A stretch of 64,000 bases of DNA, taken from positions 67,272,001-67,336,000 of the forward strand of contig NC_087437.1 of the NCBI RefSeq assembly GCF_036321535.1, in the 5' to 3' direction. Below, one piece after another: positions 13,225 through 25,878 of this stretch. The stretch is from Camelus dromedarius. Taxonomy: Eukaryota. A model generated the notes under the pieces. The model searched no databases. It saw nothing but the letters and a program-made list of their open reading frames with translations, and was not told where the DNA came from. The translations under genes were made by a program, and so were the position numbers. Each line of letters opens with the position of its first letter. The first letter of the stretch is position 1.

Positions 13225-13795
13225 CTTTTAAAAATAACCGCTTTATTGAGGTATAATTTATATACCATAAATGTCACGCTTTTAAGGTCTCCAATTCAGT
13301 GGCTTATAGCCTGTTCACAGATTTTTGTGACCATCTCCGTGTCTAATTTTAAGCTATTTTATCACCACAAAATAAACCATGTACCTTTAGCAATTACTTT
13401 CCATTCTCCCCTCCCCCAAGCCCTTGGGCAATTACCAATCTATTTTCTGTCTGTATGAATTGGGTCTACTCTGAACATCTGGTATAAATATGGTCTTTTG
13501 TGAATGCTTTGTCTTTACTTAGCATAGATTGATGCATGTTGTAGCATGAATCAGGACTTTGTTTACTCCGTTCCATTTTTACTGTGGAATCCTATTCTGT
13601 TGTATGGATAAAGAGTATTTTGTTTATCCATTCATCAGTTGGTAGACACTTGGGTTCCTTCTCCCTTTTGGTTATTATGTATAATACTGCCATGAACATT
13701 TGTGTACAAGTTTTGTGTGGACATATGTCTTCATTTCTCAGGGATGTATACCTAGGAATAGAGTCACTGAGTCATATGGTGATTTTTTTTTTTTG
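13225..13795 (-). mobile_element. L1MB-type 3' end inserted into a MIR
   Basis: ctttattgaggtataattta...tttatccattcatcagttggtagaca; MIR halves at ~13175-13220 and ~13850-13985. Confidence 0.85.
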
Positions 13796-14394
13796 GCAAT
13801 TCTTATATATGATCTTTTGGGGATGTACTCTTTTACCTACATCAACTGACTCAATTCTGACAGTGCTCCTATAAGGTGGCTATTGACTGTCTTATTTTAC
13901 ACATGAGAAAGTGGAGGCATAGAGAGTTTAAGTAATTTGCCCACATTCGCGAAACAAGTTACTGGTGGAGCTGGAGTCCAGTCTTTAAGATATCACTCCA
14001 TTCTACTTGGGTCTCTGGAGAATTGTTCAGGATTCTGAGAAGTGTGTTCACTGTATCAATTCTGAAGAAAATTTGAGGACAGGGATTTTCAAAGACTAAG
14101 GGTATTGGAGGCGTCCAGAATGTAAAATAATCCTTCCCCAGGTAAACTTGGATCGTGAGGGAAATTAAACTTGAATGAGAGGGGTTGTGGAAATTGATAC
14201 GTGGTGATATCTACATGGTTAAGCCATTATTTGGAAAATGACCAGAAAAACATAAATGGCTCAAAGCCAGCTTTAGCTTAGTATAGAATCTTAGTACCAG
14301 TATGTTGATAGTTAAATGTGTTGGAAATATCTCCTCCCTGTTTGTTTTTGTCTTTTAGTTTTCTTTATGGTATCTGATGAAAAAAAAAACTTTT

Positions 14395-14665
14395 AGTTTA
14401 GTTTATTTTTAGAGCAGTTTTAGGTTCACATCAAAATCTAGAGAAAGTGCAGAGAATTCCTCCATACCTTCTGCCCCTCTTTCCCCACAGCCTCCCACCG
14501 GAGTATGCATTTGTTACAACTGATGAATCTTTCATTGTCACCCAAAGTCCATCATTTACCTTGAGGGTCACTCTTGATGTTGTAAACAACTGTGTGTGGG
14601 TTTACACCTGTATCCACCATTGTATCATATGGAATATTTTCACTGCCTTAAAAATCCTCTATTAA
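14395..14665 (-). mobile_element. L1MC-type 3' end fragment
   Basis: ttttagagcagttttaggttcaca...ttcactgccttaaaaatcctct. Confidence 0.8.
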
Positions 14666-14709
14666 AGGTTTTAAATTTTGATGTAATCAAATTTATATCT
14701 CTTTACTCA

Positions 14710-14955
14710 AAGGCTCAGACTCTGGAGCCAGGCTGCCTGGATTCAAATTGGAGCACTGCCACTTGCTAGCTGTGTGACTTAGGACAAGTTACTTAATGTC
14801 TCAGTGCATCAGTTTCCTCATCTGTTAAGTGGGGATAATAATAATATCTACTTCAGTGGGCTATTGGGAGGATTACATGAAATGATACGTGTGAAATGAG
14901 ATGATGGTGCCTGGAATATAAGAAGTGCTTGATGAGGAAGGATTTTATTATTATT
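14710..14955 (+). mobile_element. MIR SINE
   Basis: ctctggagccaggctgcctgg...tgtgtgacttaggacaagttacttaa...cagtttcctcatctg. Confidence 0.9.
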
Positions 14956-15258
14956 ATGTGTTTTTTGGTTTTTACTTTTATTGTCTTGTCTAAGAAGTCC
15001 TTTACCCTGAGTCATAAGATTGTTCTCTCTTTGGTGGTTTCTAATATCCTGTTTAATTTGTCCTCACTTAGTGGATTTTTTCAAGTCTTATTGGTTGTTT
15101 TCCTGCTTATGTTATCAAGCTTCTCTTCTGTTTCTAAGCACTAAATGAAGTGTAAGTGATGTATGCTCTGTGTCTGAATTGTATCTGAAGTGTTTGTATG
15201 CTTGTGGACAGACTCTTGCTTGTTTCTGAAGCTCTTCAGTCAAGGAGCCTTTTTTATT

Positions 15259-15279
15259 TGTGTGTGTGTGTGTGTGTGT
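15259..15279. repeat. (TG)n microsatellite
   Basis: Run of tg dinucleotides. Confidence 0.95.
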
Positions 15280-16738
15280 TTTTCCTTCCCCCAAGAACCT
15301 AGGGTGTCTACTAACCTGGGGTCACTTTAAATCAAATTCTCCAAGTAAGGTTTTTCAGATAAGATGAATATAGACCAAACGCCCATGTAGGCTGCCTTGT
15401 TACAGATGATCAGGAATGTTTCTTCACCTCCGTCTCATCCCCAAATGGAGAGTAATGGTCCTGTTTGGTATCCAGCAGGGTTAGTTTCTCATCCATCCTC
15501 TTTCTGAGGGGGAGCTCTTGGGAGCCTGGGATTTTATCCCATATTCCCCAGACCTGCTGCTCACGTAGCTGATGATGTAGAAGCTTAGAGTCTTCAGGGT
15601 TCAAACGGGGGCTTCAAGGAAACTCTTGTTCTGGCGCTTACTTATTTTCCAGAAAGCTTGATTTCACTTGAGTTTTTGGGCTCTGGGGATTCTTTCTGTG
15701 TCACTCCAGCAGTGTGTTTAAAAATGCATTTCACTGTGTTTTTTTAATCCAGTGTTTTAGTTGCTTCTATCAAGATCAGTTATTCAGAGTATTTAATTTG
15801 CAATAGTTCCAGAAATGCATGTCTTCATCTTTGTCTGCTCCTCACTGCCCTCCCTCCCCCGGCCCTCTGTTCTCCCCCTTCCTGTCTCCTCTCCTGTCCT
15901 TCTTCTTTTCTCCCTTTCTTCCTTAGCCTGCCTATAATTGTTCAGCAATCCCACCTCATCCTAGAAGGAGGAGGCAGAAGGAATAAAGGCCTTTTATGTG
16001 GGTGATGGGCTTTAATTATCCTAGCACCAATTTCCTTGCCCATTTTTTCTTTATTGAGTAATGTGTAAATAATGCTCTAACTCCTCTTAACAAAGTATAG
16101 TGCTTTATTCATTAGTCTGTCTACAGCGAACTAGAGAATTATCACAAGGCAGTACACACAAACTTTCCTTTTGGATGTGTATAAAAATAAATCGCATTTA
16201 CAGGAATGTAAACTGCGTTAAGTTAACCCCGTTTCTATCCTTAAGCCTTTTGACTGTATTCAGTTCCTCTCCTGGGGGCCAGGCTTTCATCTCTCTAATC
16301 TTTGGACATTCCAGAGTTTCTTAGGCAATTCTGAAGTCTGTTTTCTTAGGATTATTATAAACCTGTTATTTAAAACTCTTAACCTGTTTTACTCTCAAAT
16401 CTCTAAATTGGCTTCTAGCGGCGGATCCACTTTCTTTTCTTCTCTAGGCATCAGGGATGATCATGATGGTTGCTCTAGTCTGAACTGAAGGGCTTGAATT
16501 GCAGTCCTTGTAGCCTCTTGTACCAAGAAAGACTACCTTGGTAGAGTTGATTTTATCATCCAGAAAGGATGGACTGATCTGACTTTCAGAAACCATTCAG
16601 ATACATTTAGCCCAGAGCTAGCACATAAAGGCCTTATGTCATTCATTCACCATTCATTTATGAGACACCCACCATGTGCCAGGGATTAAGACGACGTATG
16701 AGGGACTGGAAGTGTGGTTATCAATAAGACAGATTCCT

Positions 16739-16822
16739 TGTGTCTATATCACATCATCGTGTTGTGCACCTTAAACTTACACAATGTTATATGTCAATTA
16801 TATCTCAATAAAGCTAGAAAAA
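16739..16822 (+). mobile_element. Very short 5'-truncated L1 3' end inserted in a minus-strand L2
   Basis: caccttaaacttacacaatgttatatgtcaattatatctcaataaagct; agacagat repeated on both sides (16727-16734, 16827-16834). Confidence 0.8.
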
Positions 16823-18324
16823 CATCAGACAGATGCCCTGATCTGAAGGAGTTAATGGTTTAATAGGGATGGTATATAGATCTGAATACTCTTGTGTTCT
16901 ACCATCTCCCTTCCCCCACCAAAAATAATACTCTGAAGACATTGTTGGTTTAATGAATATGCAATATTTATAAAGTTGTGATCTCAGTAGTGTAGCTCTG
17001 GTCCCAGAGTAGTTTTGCATTTTTAAAATCAAGACGGAAAGGTACATTATGATATTTATTCAATATCTTTTTTAAACATTGAGAATTCTTGGCAGCTTCT
17101 ACTAAAATGTTTTGTTCTATTTTCTAATCTTCCAAACTTGGAGTCTCTTGCTTACTGTTTTTTTTTCTTTCATTCTTTCTTTCTTTCTTTTTTTTTTTTT
17201 TTTTAATACTCCAGACTCTCTATCTACCCCATCCTGATAATTCCACCGTGTTTCTTCAGTCCCCCTTTCTTCTTTATGTACACAATGGCCCTGGTAATTA
17301 TAATTATTCTCCTGATTGCTTTTCTTGTGATAACCTTCCTAAGTAGCTTTGGTTCTTTTTTTACAGAGTGGGACTCAGAGAAAAAGTTGAGTAAGCAAAA
17401 GGGAAGTGATGAATACCAACATGTTAATGTATCTATCTTATCACATCTATTTATATAAAATAAATCCTTTCCTCAAGTATATATGATTTGAACTATTCTT
17501 TATTTTGAGGAGTATTATGGCCCATATGTGGAAATGTGGACACTGAAGAAAGCCAGTTTTCAAGGAGCCAATAACCAAGTCATCACATCTTGAGACTAAA
17601 GTCATCTTGGACAATAAGACAGTAGAGAGAGAAGTTGAACTGTTTCCAGGGAGAAGAGGGGCATGCCTGGAAGGATGATGAGGGAGAATTAAGGAAGACA
17701 AGGAGTAGAGGGGCATAACTGGGAAGTGCAAAGTGGGCATGGAGGGCCCAGAAAGAGACGTAAGATCAAGAAATGTTTGCCTGTGGAAATCCCAGGATTA
17801 AAGACTCTAAGTTATTTTTATTTCCAGAGCACATGGGCTATTTTGTAAAATATGACTTATGTCATCTAAAATGCATCTTGGTTCCTGACCCTGGTGGACT
17901 GGCATGAAGTGGATACATTTCTCTATTCTGCTCACATAGTGGAGCTCTGATGGGCAGGCTTCAAATACTTTAAATTTTATTGTATAAATGTACTTTGCAG
18001 CAAACTGACATGGTATCTTATGTTTTTGGTAGTGGTGGACTATAAACTTAAAGCTACCCTTTGCTATTTAATCACAAGATTCTACGTTTTAATCTTTCCT
18101 TCAGTGTAGATCTAAACTGGATCCCACCAGATACTTGAAATTTCCTGAGAATGTCACGAATCCTCCCTTGTGAGGTTGTCAGGTTTCCTGAGTCCCCAGG
18201 GAGGGCTGCCTGTAGGATATTGTCACTGTTGACATTGATTAGACCCTGGATTCACTTTAACCTTGTCAGTTCTATTGTTAAAGTCCCTCAAAGTACGCAG
18301 AAGTATTGCTTCTGTGTTCTGTGG

Positions 18325-18671
18325 TAGTCTAAGTCTGTTGAGGCTGCTGTAACAAAATACCAGAATTGAGTGGTTTATGAACAACAAACATTTATTTGTC
18401 ACAGTTCTGGAGGCTGGGAAGTCTAGGATCGTAGCACTGGCAGATGTGGAGTCTGGTGAGAGCCCATCTTCTCACTGTGTCCTCCTCACATTATGGGAGG
18501 GATGAGGAGTCTTTCTGGGGTCTGTTTTATTAGAGCACTAATCCCAATCGTGAGGGCTCTACTCTCATGACCTAATCACCTCCCAGAGGCCCCACTTCTT
18601 TATACATTACCTTGGGGATTAGGATTTCAACGTAAGAATTTTCAGGGCACACAAATGTTCAGACCATGGCA
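18325..18671 (-). mobile_element. MLT1A-type MaLR solo LTR
   Basis: ggctgctgtaacaaaatacc...cacagttctggaggctgggaagtc...tcatgacctaatcacctccca...ttcagaccatggca. Confidence 0.9.
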
Positions 18672-18829
18672 GTGCTCATGAGCTGAATGATGCTGACTTC
18701 TCTGTCACCCTCGGCATTTGAAAGTATTGCATGTCAGCCTAGAATTCAGTGCTCTGTGATAAGGACATAGCTATGATTACATAAGAGTTTCTTTAAACAG
18801 TTTTTAAAAAGTTAGTAAATGTTTGTAGG

Positions 18830-19562
18830 AAAATTAATGAGCTATATATAAAAATATAGGAGCCATTACTTGTATCTGACTTAATATACTTTGTACTAAA
18901 ATAAATATAAGAGGACCACTAATTTGTGGACATAATAGACAAAAAAGAAACTTGATACAACAGAGGAAATATTTATTAAATTTCTGGAGTGGAAAGCATT
19001 TTTTAACCTTGTAATTGTTAAAAATAATCACACAGGAAAATATCAATAGGTTTAACTACATAAAAATTTTAATGTATGTACATCAAAAACTATAGAGAAT
19101 TAGAAAGGTCAGTACAAACAGTAAATATGATAGAAAAAGTTAATATTTAAATATATAAAGAACTTATAAAAAGATAAGAAAACTATTAGAACTCACAAAA
19201 TTAAAGAGTTAAAAAATGTATGTGAACAAACAACTCATAAGAGGGTAACCTGAAGTGGCTACTAAAAATTTGGAAGAAAATGTTCACCATTATTAATTAC
19301 CACAAAACTATCCCTTAGAACGATTATGAAATACTACATTTTGTCTATCAAATTAAGGAAGAATTAAAAAACAGTAATACAGAATGCTAAAGAAAATATG
19401 ATACAACAGAAAGCATTCCATATTACATATAAATTTAATAATTGATAAAAACATTCTTAAGGTAATTTGGAAATATACACCAGAAACTTTTAAAACATTC
19501 CTACCCCTTGCTCCAATAATTGTATTTTATGTGTTTTGTTTTATAGACATAGTAAATTTTAA
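18830..19562 (+). mobile_element. Ancient L1ME-like fragment, resuming at ~24177-24440
   Basis: A-rich degenerate ORF2 3' sequence split by the TSD-bounded L1. Confidence 0.6.
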
Positions 19563-19574
19563 AAGCAAATATTA

Positions 19575-22500
19575 GGCTTCAGGGAAGATGGGGTAGATGT
19601 ACTTTTTCCTATTCCTCCCACTAAGTACAACATGGAAAGCAGTAATATGGCACTCCTACCTCCCCTAGCCAGGGTCGTATCAGCGGAGGCCTGGTGGGGG
19701 GCCAGAAGTCCCAACCCTGCCCAGAGGTAATGAGCAGTCCATCTTCCTGAATGTCCAGTACCTGGACTTCTAACCCCACCTGGAAGTAAAGAAGTAGGAC
19801 TTAGCCCTTCCCCTGTCAGAACAGTGTCAGGGAAAGCTAACTAGAAGAGGTTTTAAGTAAAATCCAGAGTCTTATAATATAATATCCAAAAGGTACAGGT
19901 TTTAAAAGAAGAATCACTTAATCATACCAAGAACTAGGAAAATCTGAACTTGAATGAAAAGACAATCAACAGACACCACTTCCAAGATGACAAAGATGTT
20001 AGAATCATCTGACAGAGATTTTAAAGCCGCCGTCAGAAAAATGCTTCAGGATGCAACTACAAACACACTTGAAACAAATGAAATAACAAAGTCTCAACAA
20101 AGAAATAGAAGATGTTAAGGGGAACTAAATGAAAAATTAGAACTGAAAAATATAATAACTGAAATAAAAATCTCAGTAGAGAATAGAGGGGACACAGGAA
20201 AGAACCAGTGAACTTGATGACAGAACAGTAGAAATTACTCAATCTAAACAACAGAGTGAAAATACCCTGCAAAATGGCCTGCATCTCAGGGACCTGCAAG
20301 ATTATTACCAGTATGACATTTGTGTCACTGGAGACCTGGAAATAGAGGAGAAAGAGGATGGGGCTGAAAGAGTACTTGAAAAAATAATGACTGAATTTCC
20401 CCAAATTTGGTAAAAGGCATAATTTATAGACTCTAGAAGCTGAGTGAACCCAAAACAGAATACACCTGAAGAAATCCACACCAAGACACATGATAATCAA
20501 ATTTCTGAGAATTAAAGCAAAGGAAAAATCTTGAAAGCAGTGAGAGAAAAATGATAACTTTTCTGTGGAGAAAAAACAATTAAAAAGATGACATATTTCT
20601 TACCAGAAAACATGAAAGCCAGGAAGAAGTGGCACAAGATTTTTCTAGTACTAGAAGAAAATACTTGTCAACCCAGAATTCTGAATCCATTACACATATC
20701 CAACAGGAATGAAGGGGAAATCAAGACATTCTCCAAGGAAGGAAATCTAAGACAACTTGTCACCAGAAGACCTACCTTACAAGTATGGTAGAGGGAGGTT
20801 CTCTAAACAGACAGGAAATGTTAAAAGAAGACATTTTGGAATATCAGAAATGAAGAAAGAACAATGGAAAGAACAAAAACTGAGTAAATACAGTAGACTT
20901 TTTTTCTTTTCTGAGTTTTCTAAGTTATCTTTGACACTTGAAGCAAAGTTATAACACTATCTGATGTGGCTTTAAATGTACATAGAGAAAATATTTACAT
21001 CAATTATATTATACATAGGGGAGATAAAGGGATGTCAAAGGAGGAAGGGTTTCTAAGCTTAAGCTAGTAAAATGTTAGCACCAATAGACTGTGATAATTT
21101 ATGTATGTGTAATGTAACCAGGCAACTACTGACAAAGCTATACAAAGAGATGCATTCACAAACACTATATGTAAGTCAAAACGATACTCTAAAAGATGTT
21201 CAGCTAACCCTCATGAAGGCAGGAAAAAGAAGATGAAAAACTAAAAAACAGAGCAAAGTGCAATAGTAAACTGGAAAACATAGCTCTGATATGTCAATAA
21301 TCTTATTAATTGTAAATGGTCTAAGTACATCAATTAAAAGACATACTGGCTGAGTGAATTAAAAAAAAAAAACTGACCCAACCATGTGCTGTCTATACAG
21401 TCTCACTTCAAACACAGTGAAACAGGCAAGTTGAGAGTAAAAAGATGGGAAAATACATATATCATGCAAACTTTAAAAGGTAAAAGTGGCTGTATGAATA
21501 TCAGGTAAAGTAGACTTTATAGCACAATAAGTTATCAGACACAGAAAATAAATGACACTATGTAATGATGAGAGTCCATCCACCAATAAGACATAACAAG
21601 CCTAGATGTGTATGCACCAAACAATAGAGCCACAAAACGTGTGAAGCTCAAACAGAACTGAAAGGCTAAACAGATAAATCTGCAAACCGTAGTTGGAGAC
21701 CTCTACGTCCTTTTGTCAATAATTGATTAAACAAGACAGAAAATCAGCAAAGATATAGAAGAACTCAAGAATATCATTAAACAACAGGATCTAATCAATA
21801 TTTATAGAACATTTTATCCTACCATAATAAAACACACATTCTTTTCAAATGCTCATGAAATATATTAAGATAGAACATATCCTGGGTCAGAAAACAATAT
21901 TTAATACATTTTGAATAATTGAAATAACACAGAGAATGTTCTATGGTCACAATGGAATCAAAGTAGTAGTAAATAACAGATAACTGAAGAATGTCCAACC
22001 ACTTGGAAATAAAACAAACTACTTCTAAAAAACCCATGTATCAAAGAGCAAGTCTCACAGACATTAAAAAAGATACACTGAAGTGCATGAAAATGAAAAC
22101 ACACCCTGTCAGAGTTTATGGGAGACAGAAGCCATGTTGAGAGAGGAATTTATACCACTGAGTGCTTAGATTAGAAAACAAGAAACATCTCAAAGCAATA
22201 ATCTAAGCCCCTACTTCAAGAACCTGGACAAAGAAGAACAAAGTAAACCCAAATTAAGCAGGAGGAAGGAAATATAAAAACATAAGTCAATGAAATTGAA
22301 AACAGAAAGGCAGGAGAGAAAGTCAATGAAAGAGAAAGTTAGTTTTTTAAAAAGATCAATGATATTGACAAACCTCTACAAAGATTTTAAAAAAAAAGAA
22401 CATACACAAATTACCCAATATCAGGAATGAAACAGAGACTATCACTGCAGATCCTGCAGACATCAGAAGGACAGAAAGGGGTACCGTGAACAACTCTGCA

Positions 22501-24164
22501 CACTTAAATTTGACAACTAAGATGAAACAGGCCAATTCCTTGAAAAGCAAGAACTACCACAACTCACCCACTATGAAATGGATCATCTGAATAGCTCTAT
22601 AACTATTAAGGAAATTGAATATGTAATTTTAAAACCCTTAAAAAAGAAATCTCTAGGCCCCAGATGATTCCCCTAGAGAAGTCTACACCATTGTGAAATA
22701 ACACCAATGCTACACCACCTACACCATCTCTTCCAGGAAATGAAAGGAAACACTTTTCAGTTCATTTTGTGAAGCTAGTATTAGCCTGACACCAAAACCA
22801 GAAAAAGGTAGTACAAAAAAATAAAACAAAACAAATCAAAAACAAAACTAGTAACTATAAACAATATGCCTTATGAACATAGATGCAAAAATCTTTAACA
22901 AAATATTAGCAAATTACTTCAGAAATACATAAAAAGAATTATCACAGTGGGTATATTCCCAGAACACAAGCCTGATACAATATTCAAAAAAAGTGTAATT
23001 CAGTATATGAAAATCCAAAGAAGAAAATTATATGATCATTTCAATTGTTGCAGAAAATATTTGACAAAATTCTCAAAAAAAAAAATGGAATTGGAGAAGC
23101 AACTCCAATTGCTTGTTCAGAGGATGACAAGATACAGATTTGACAAGGTACAGACATAGAGAAAATATTTGGAAATCACATGTTCAACAAAGAACTCTTT
23201 CTTATCTAAACTATATGAAGAACTCTCAATCTCAACATTAAAAAACATCAAATAATCCAAATAGAAAACAGGCAAAAACATGAACAGATATTCCACTGAA
23301 GAGAACATACAGCTAGCAATTAAATACCTGAAAAGATATTCAACATCATTAGTCACTGAGGAAATTCAAATGAAAAACACAATTAAAACCACACACATGC
23401 AAACACAATGGTGAAAATAGTAATAACTTTAAAAATACAACATCAAATGCTGGTGAAAATGTGAAGAAATGAGATCGCTCATATGCTGTTGGTGGGAATG
23501 AAAAATGGCCCAGCCACTGTGGGAAAATAGTTTGGCAATTTTTTAAAAAACATGAAGCTACCATGTAACCTGAAATTCTTAGGCAGATAATAGGAAGATA
23601 ATAAAAACATATTCACAAAAAATCTTTCTCATGAATGTTCACAGTGGGTTTATTTGTAATAGCTCCAAACTTGGAACCGTCCAGATATACTTCAGTGATG
23701 AATGGCTAAAAAAGCTGTGGTCCATCCACACTGTGGAAGACAACTCAGCAGTAAAAAGAACAAACTGTTGATGTTCAACACTTGGGTGAATCTCCTGGAA
23801 ATCAAGCCATGTGCAAAAAGCAAGTCTCAAAATGTTATGTATGTGCAATTCATTTGTTCTTGAAGTGACAAAATTATAGAATTGGAGAATAGAGTAGTGC
23901 TTGCCAGGGTAAAGGAGTGTTGGGGGAGGGAGAGGGAGGTGGAAGGCAGTGGGTGTACAACTTGAGGGATCCCGTGGGGATGGAAACTTGCAGTATCTTG
24001 ACTACAGCAGCGTCGATGTCCTGGTTGTGATATTGTACTTTATTTCTGCAAGATATTGCAATTAGGAAAACTAGGTAAAGACACGTGGGGTCTCTCTGCA
24101 TTATTTCTTCGAACTGCATGTTGTAAGAATCTACAATTATTACAAAATAAAACCTTTAATAAAG
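19575..24164 (+). mobile_element. L1MD-type LINE-1 with both ends and an internal ORF2 deletion
   Basis: 12-bp TSD aagcaaatatta at 19563-19574 and 24165-24176; ORF1 remnant (CQPRIL..NEGEIKTF, ORF 20588-20791); endonuclease region from ~21290; ORF2 jumps at ~23075-23155. Confidence 0.9.
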
Positions 24165-25174
24165 AAGCAAATATTACCTCTTCATTATAGTACTGTTTAT
24201 AATAGCAGAAAATCTGAAGCAATCTAAATGTTCGAAAATGAGGGATGTTAAAGTAAATTAAATTATATTCATAACATAAAACATAATGTTTTTATGAAAT
24301 CTCTTAAAATAATTTCAAGTGTTTTAAGTGATGTTACAGAATATAATTACTATAATGTGAAGTGAAAGCGCAGTATACAAAATTGTTTATACCTTATGAT
24401 CTCAGCCGTGTTGAACTGCATTAACAAAACTGGAAGATCTAAGACTGGTGTATGAATAGACTGTACAGGAATAGACCCACAATACAAGTGAAAATTTAGA
24501 ACATGTTAAAGATGTCACCTTATGTCACTGGGACCAAGATGGACTTAAATAAACGTAGCTGGGACTATTTTGAAAAGGGTAAAGTTAGGCTTGTATCACA
24601 CACTGTACGTAAGAATAAACTCCAAATCACTTAGGAATTCTAAATGTGAAAATTGAAACCATATTAATACTAGAAGAAAATACAGGTAAATTCCTTTTAA
24701 ATCTTAATGTAACAAAGGCTTTCTAACTATCCCTTAAAATCCAGAGGTTTTTAAAGCAAAAAATTAATAAATTTGACTACATAAAAATTTTAAAATTGCA
24801 ATGCACAAAACACCATAAACAAAGTCAAAACACAACTGACAAACTTGGAGAAAATATTCACAACATATACTGCAGATAAAAGCTATTATTTAAAATATAA
24901 AGATCTTTTTTCCTTTTTCCTTCAAGTCTTAAAAAAAAACCTAATGGAAAAATGGTAAAATGACATGAACGGGCGCTTCACAAAAAAAGGTATATATGTC
25001 TCTCAATCATATAAAAATGTTCAAACTCACTGATAGAGAAACAAATTAAAACAAAAATGATATATTTCATCAATATCAGACTAGCAGAAATTGAAAAGTG
25101 AAAAACACGTTCTTTTGGTGAGCCTATGGAAAAGCAAGCGATTTCAAACATTATTTGATGGGAATGCTTACAAC

Positions 25175-25408
25175 CCAATATGGAAGCTTTGTGTTCCCTA
25201 AATTCAAGTCTCCTCAGATGTGGCACAAATCTTCTATGTGTGCAGGATCTACCTGGGCCATTGCACATCACCCCCCTGCACCTGGGGAGCAAGTGAAACC
25301 AATACACACATGGAGCTCTTGCTGCTTGCTGAGCCTTGAGAAGCGAAATCCTTTGTCTTTTGTCTAGGGATTTCATGTCTTCTGCCAGCATTTATGAAAC
25401 TATGGTAC
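25175..25408 (+). mobile_element. ERVL LTR fragment (MER54/MER73/MER74-like)
   Basis: aaatcctttgtc...tcatgtcttctgccagcatttatgaaactatgg matches the 3' part of this LTR family as I recall it. Confidence 0.6.
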
Positions 25409-25455
25409 CTAAATGCCCCAATATAGGATAGTGGTTAGATAAATTATGACACATC

Positions 25456-25878
25456 TGTCAAGAACTGTGAGCATCTGAGATTTTACCCTACATGCAAGTT
25501 AACCAGGTAGTCTTCCATGCCACAACTTCATGAAATCTGGAAGACTCGGGTCAGAGAAGGAGGATAGTTTATTACTTCGAGCAGATATAGTAGCCAATTT
25601 GGGCATTAGTTTCCTGACTCCCAAATTCCACAGAGCAAAGCAAAGAGTACCAGGTAAACCTGCACAGGTGGTGACTGCATGGAAGAGGAGATCTGAGATT
25701 AGGGAACCTGGATCTTTTATAATGGACAGTAAGTGTGCCTGCCTTTGTTTGAAGGAGACACAATCTCTGTTTTCCAAGGTGGTTGGCCATATAAACATGC
25801 CTGAAAAGATAGTCCAGAACAAAGGGCAGTCAATGCCTTGCTCAAAAGATGTGAAGAAATAACAAAAGATTCCCAACA
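25456..25878 (-). mobile_element. ERVL solo LTR (MER54/MER73/MER74-like)
   Basis: tgtcaagaactgtgag..ctgagattttaccctac start and cccaaca end give TG..CA termini. Confidence 0.75.

Noticed and set aside
20057..20500. 147-aa hydrophobic ORF
   Set aside because: Antisense reading of the A-rich L1 ORF1.
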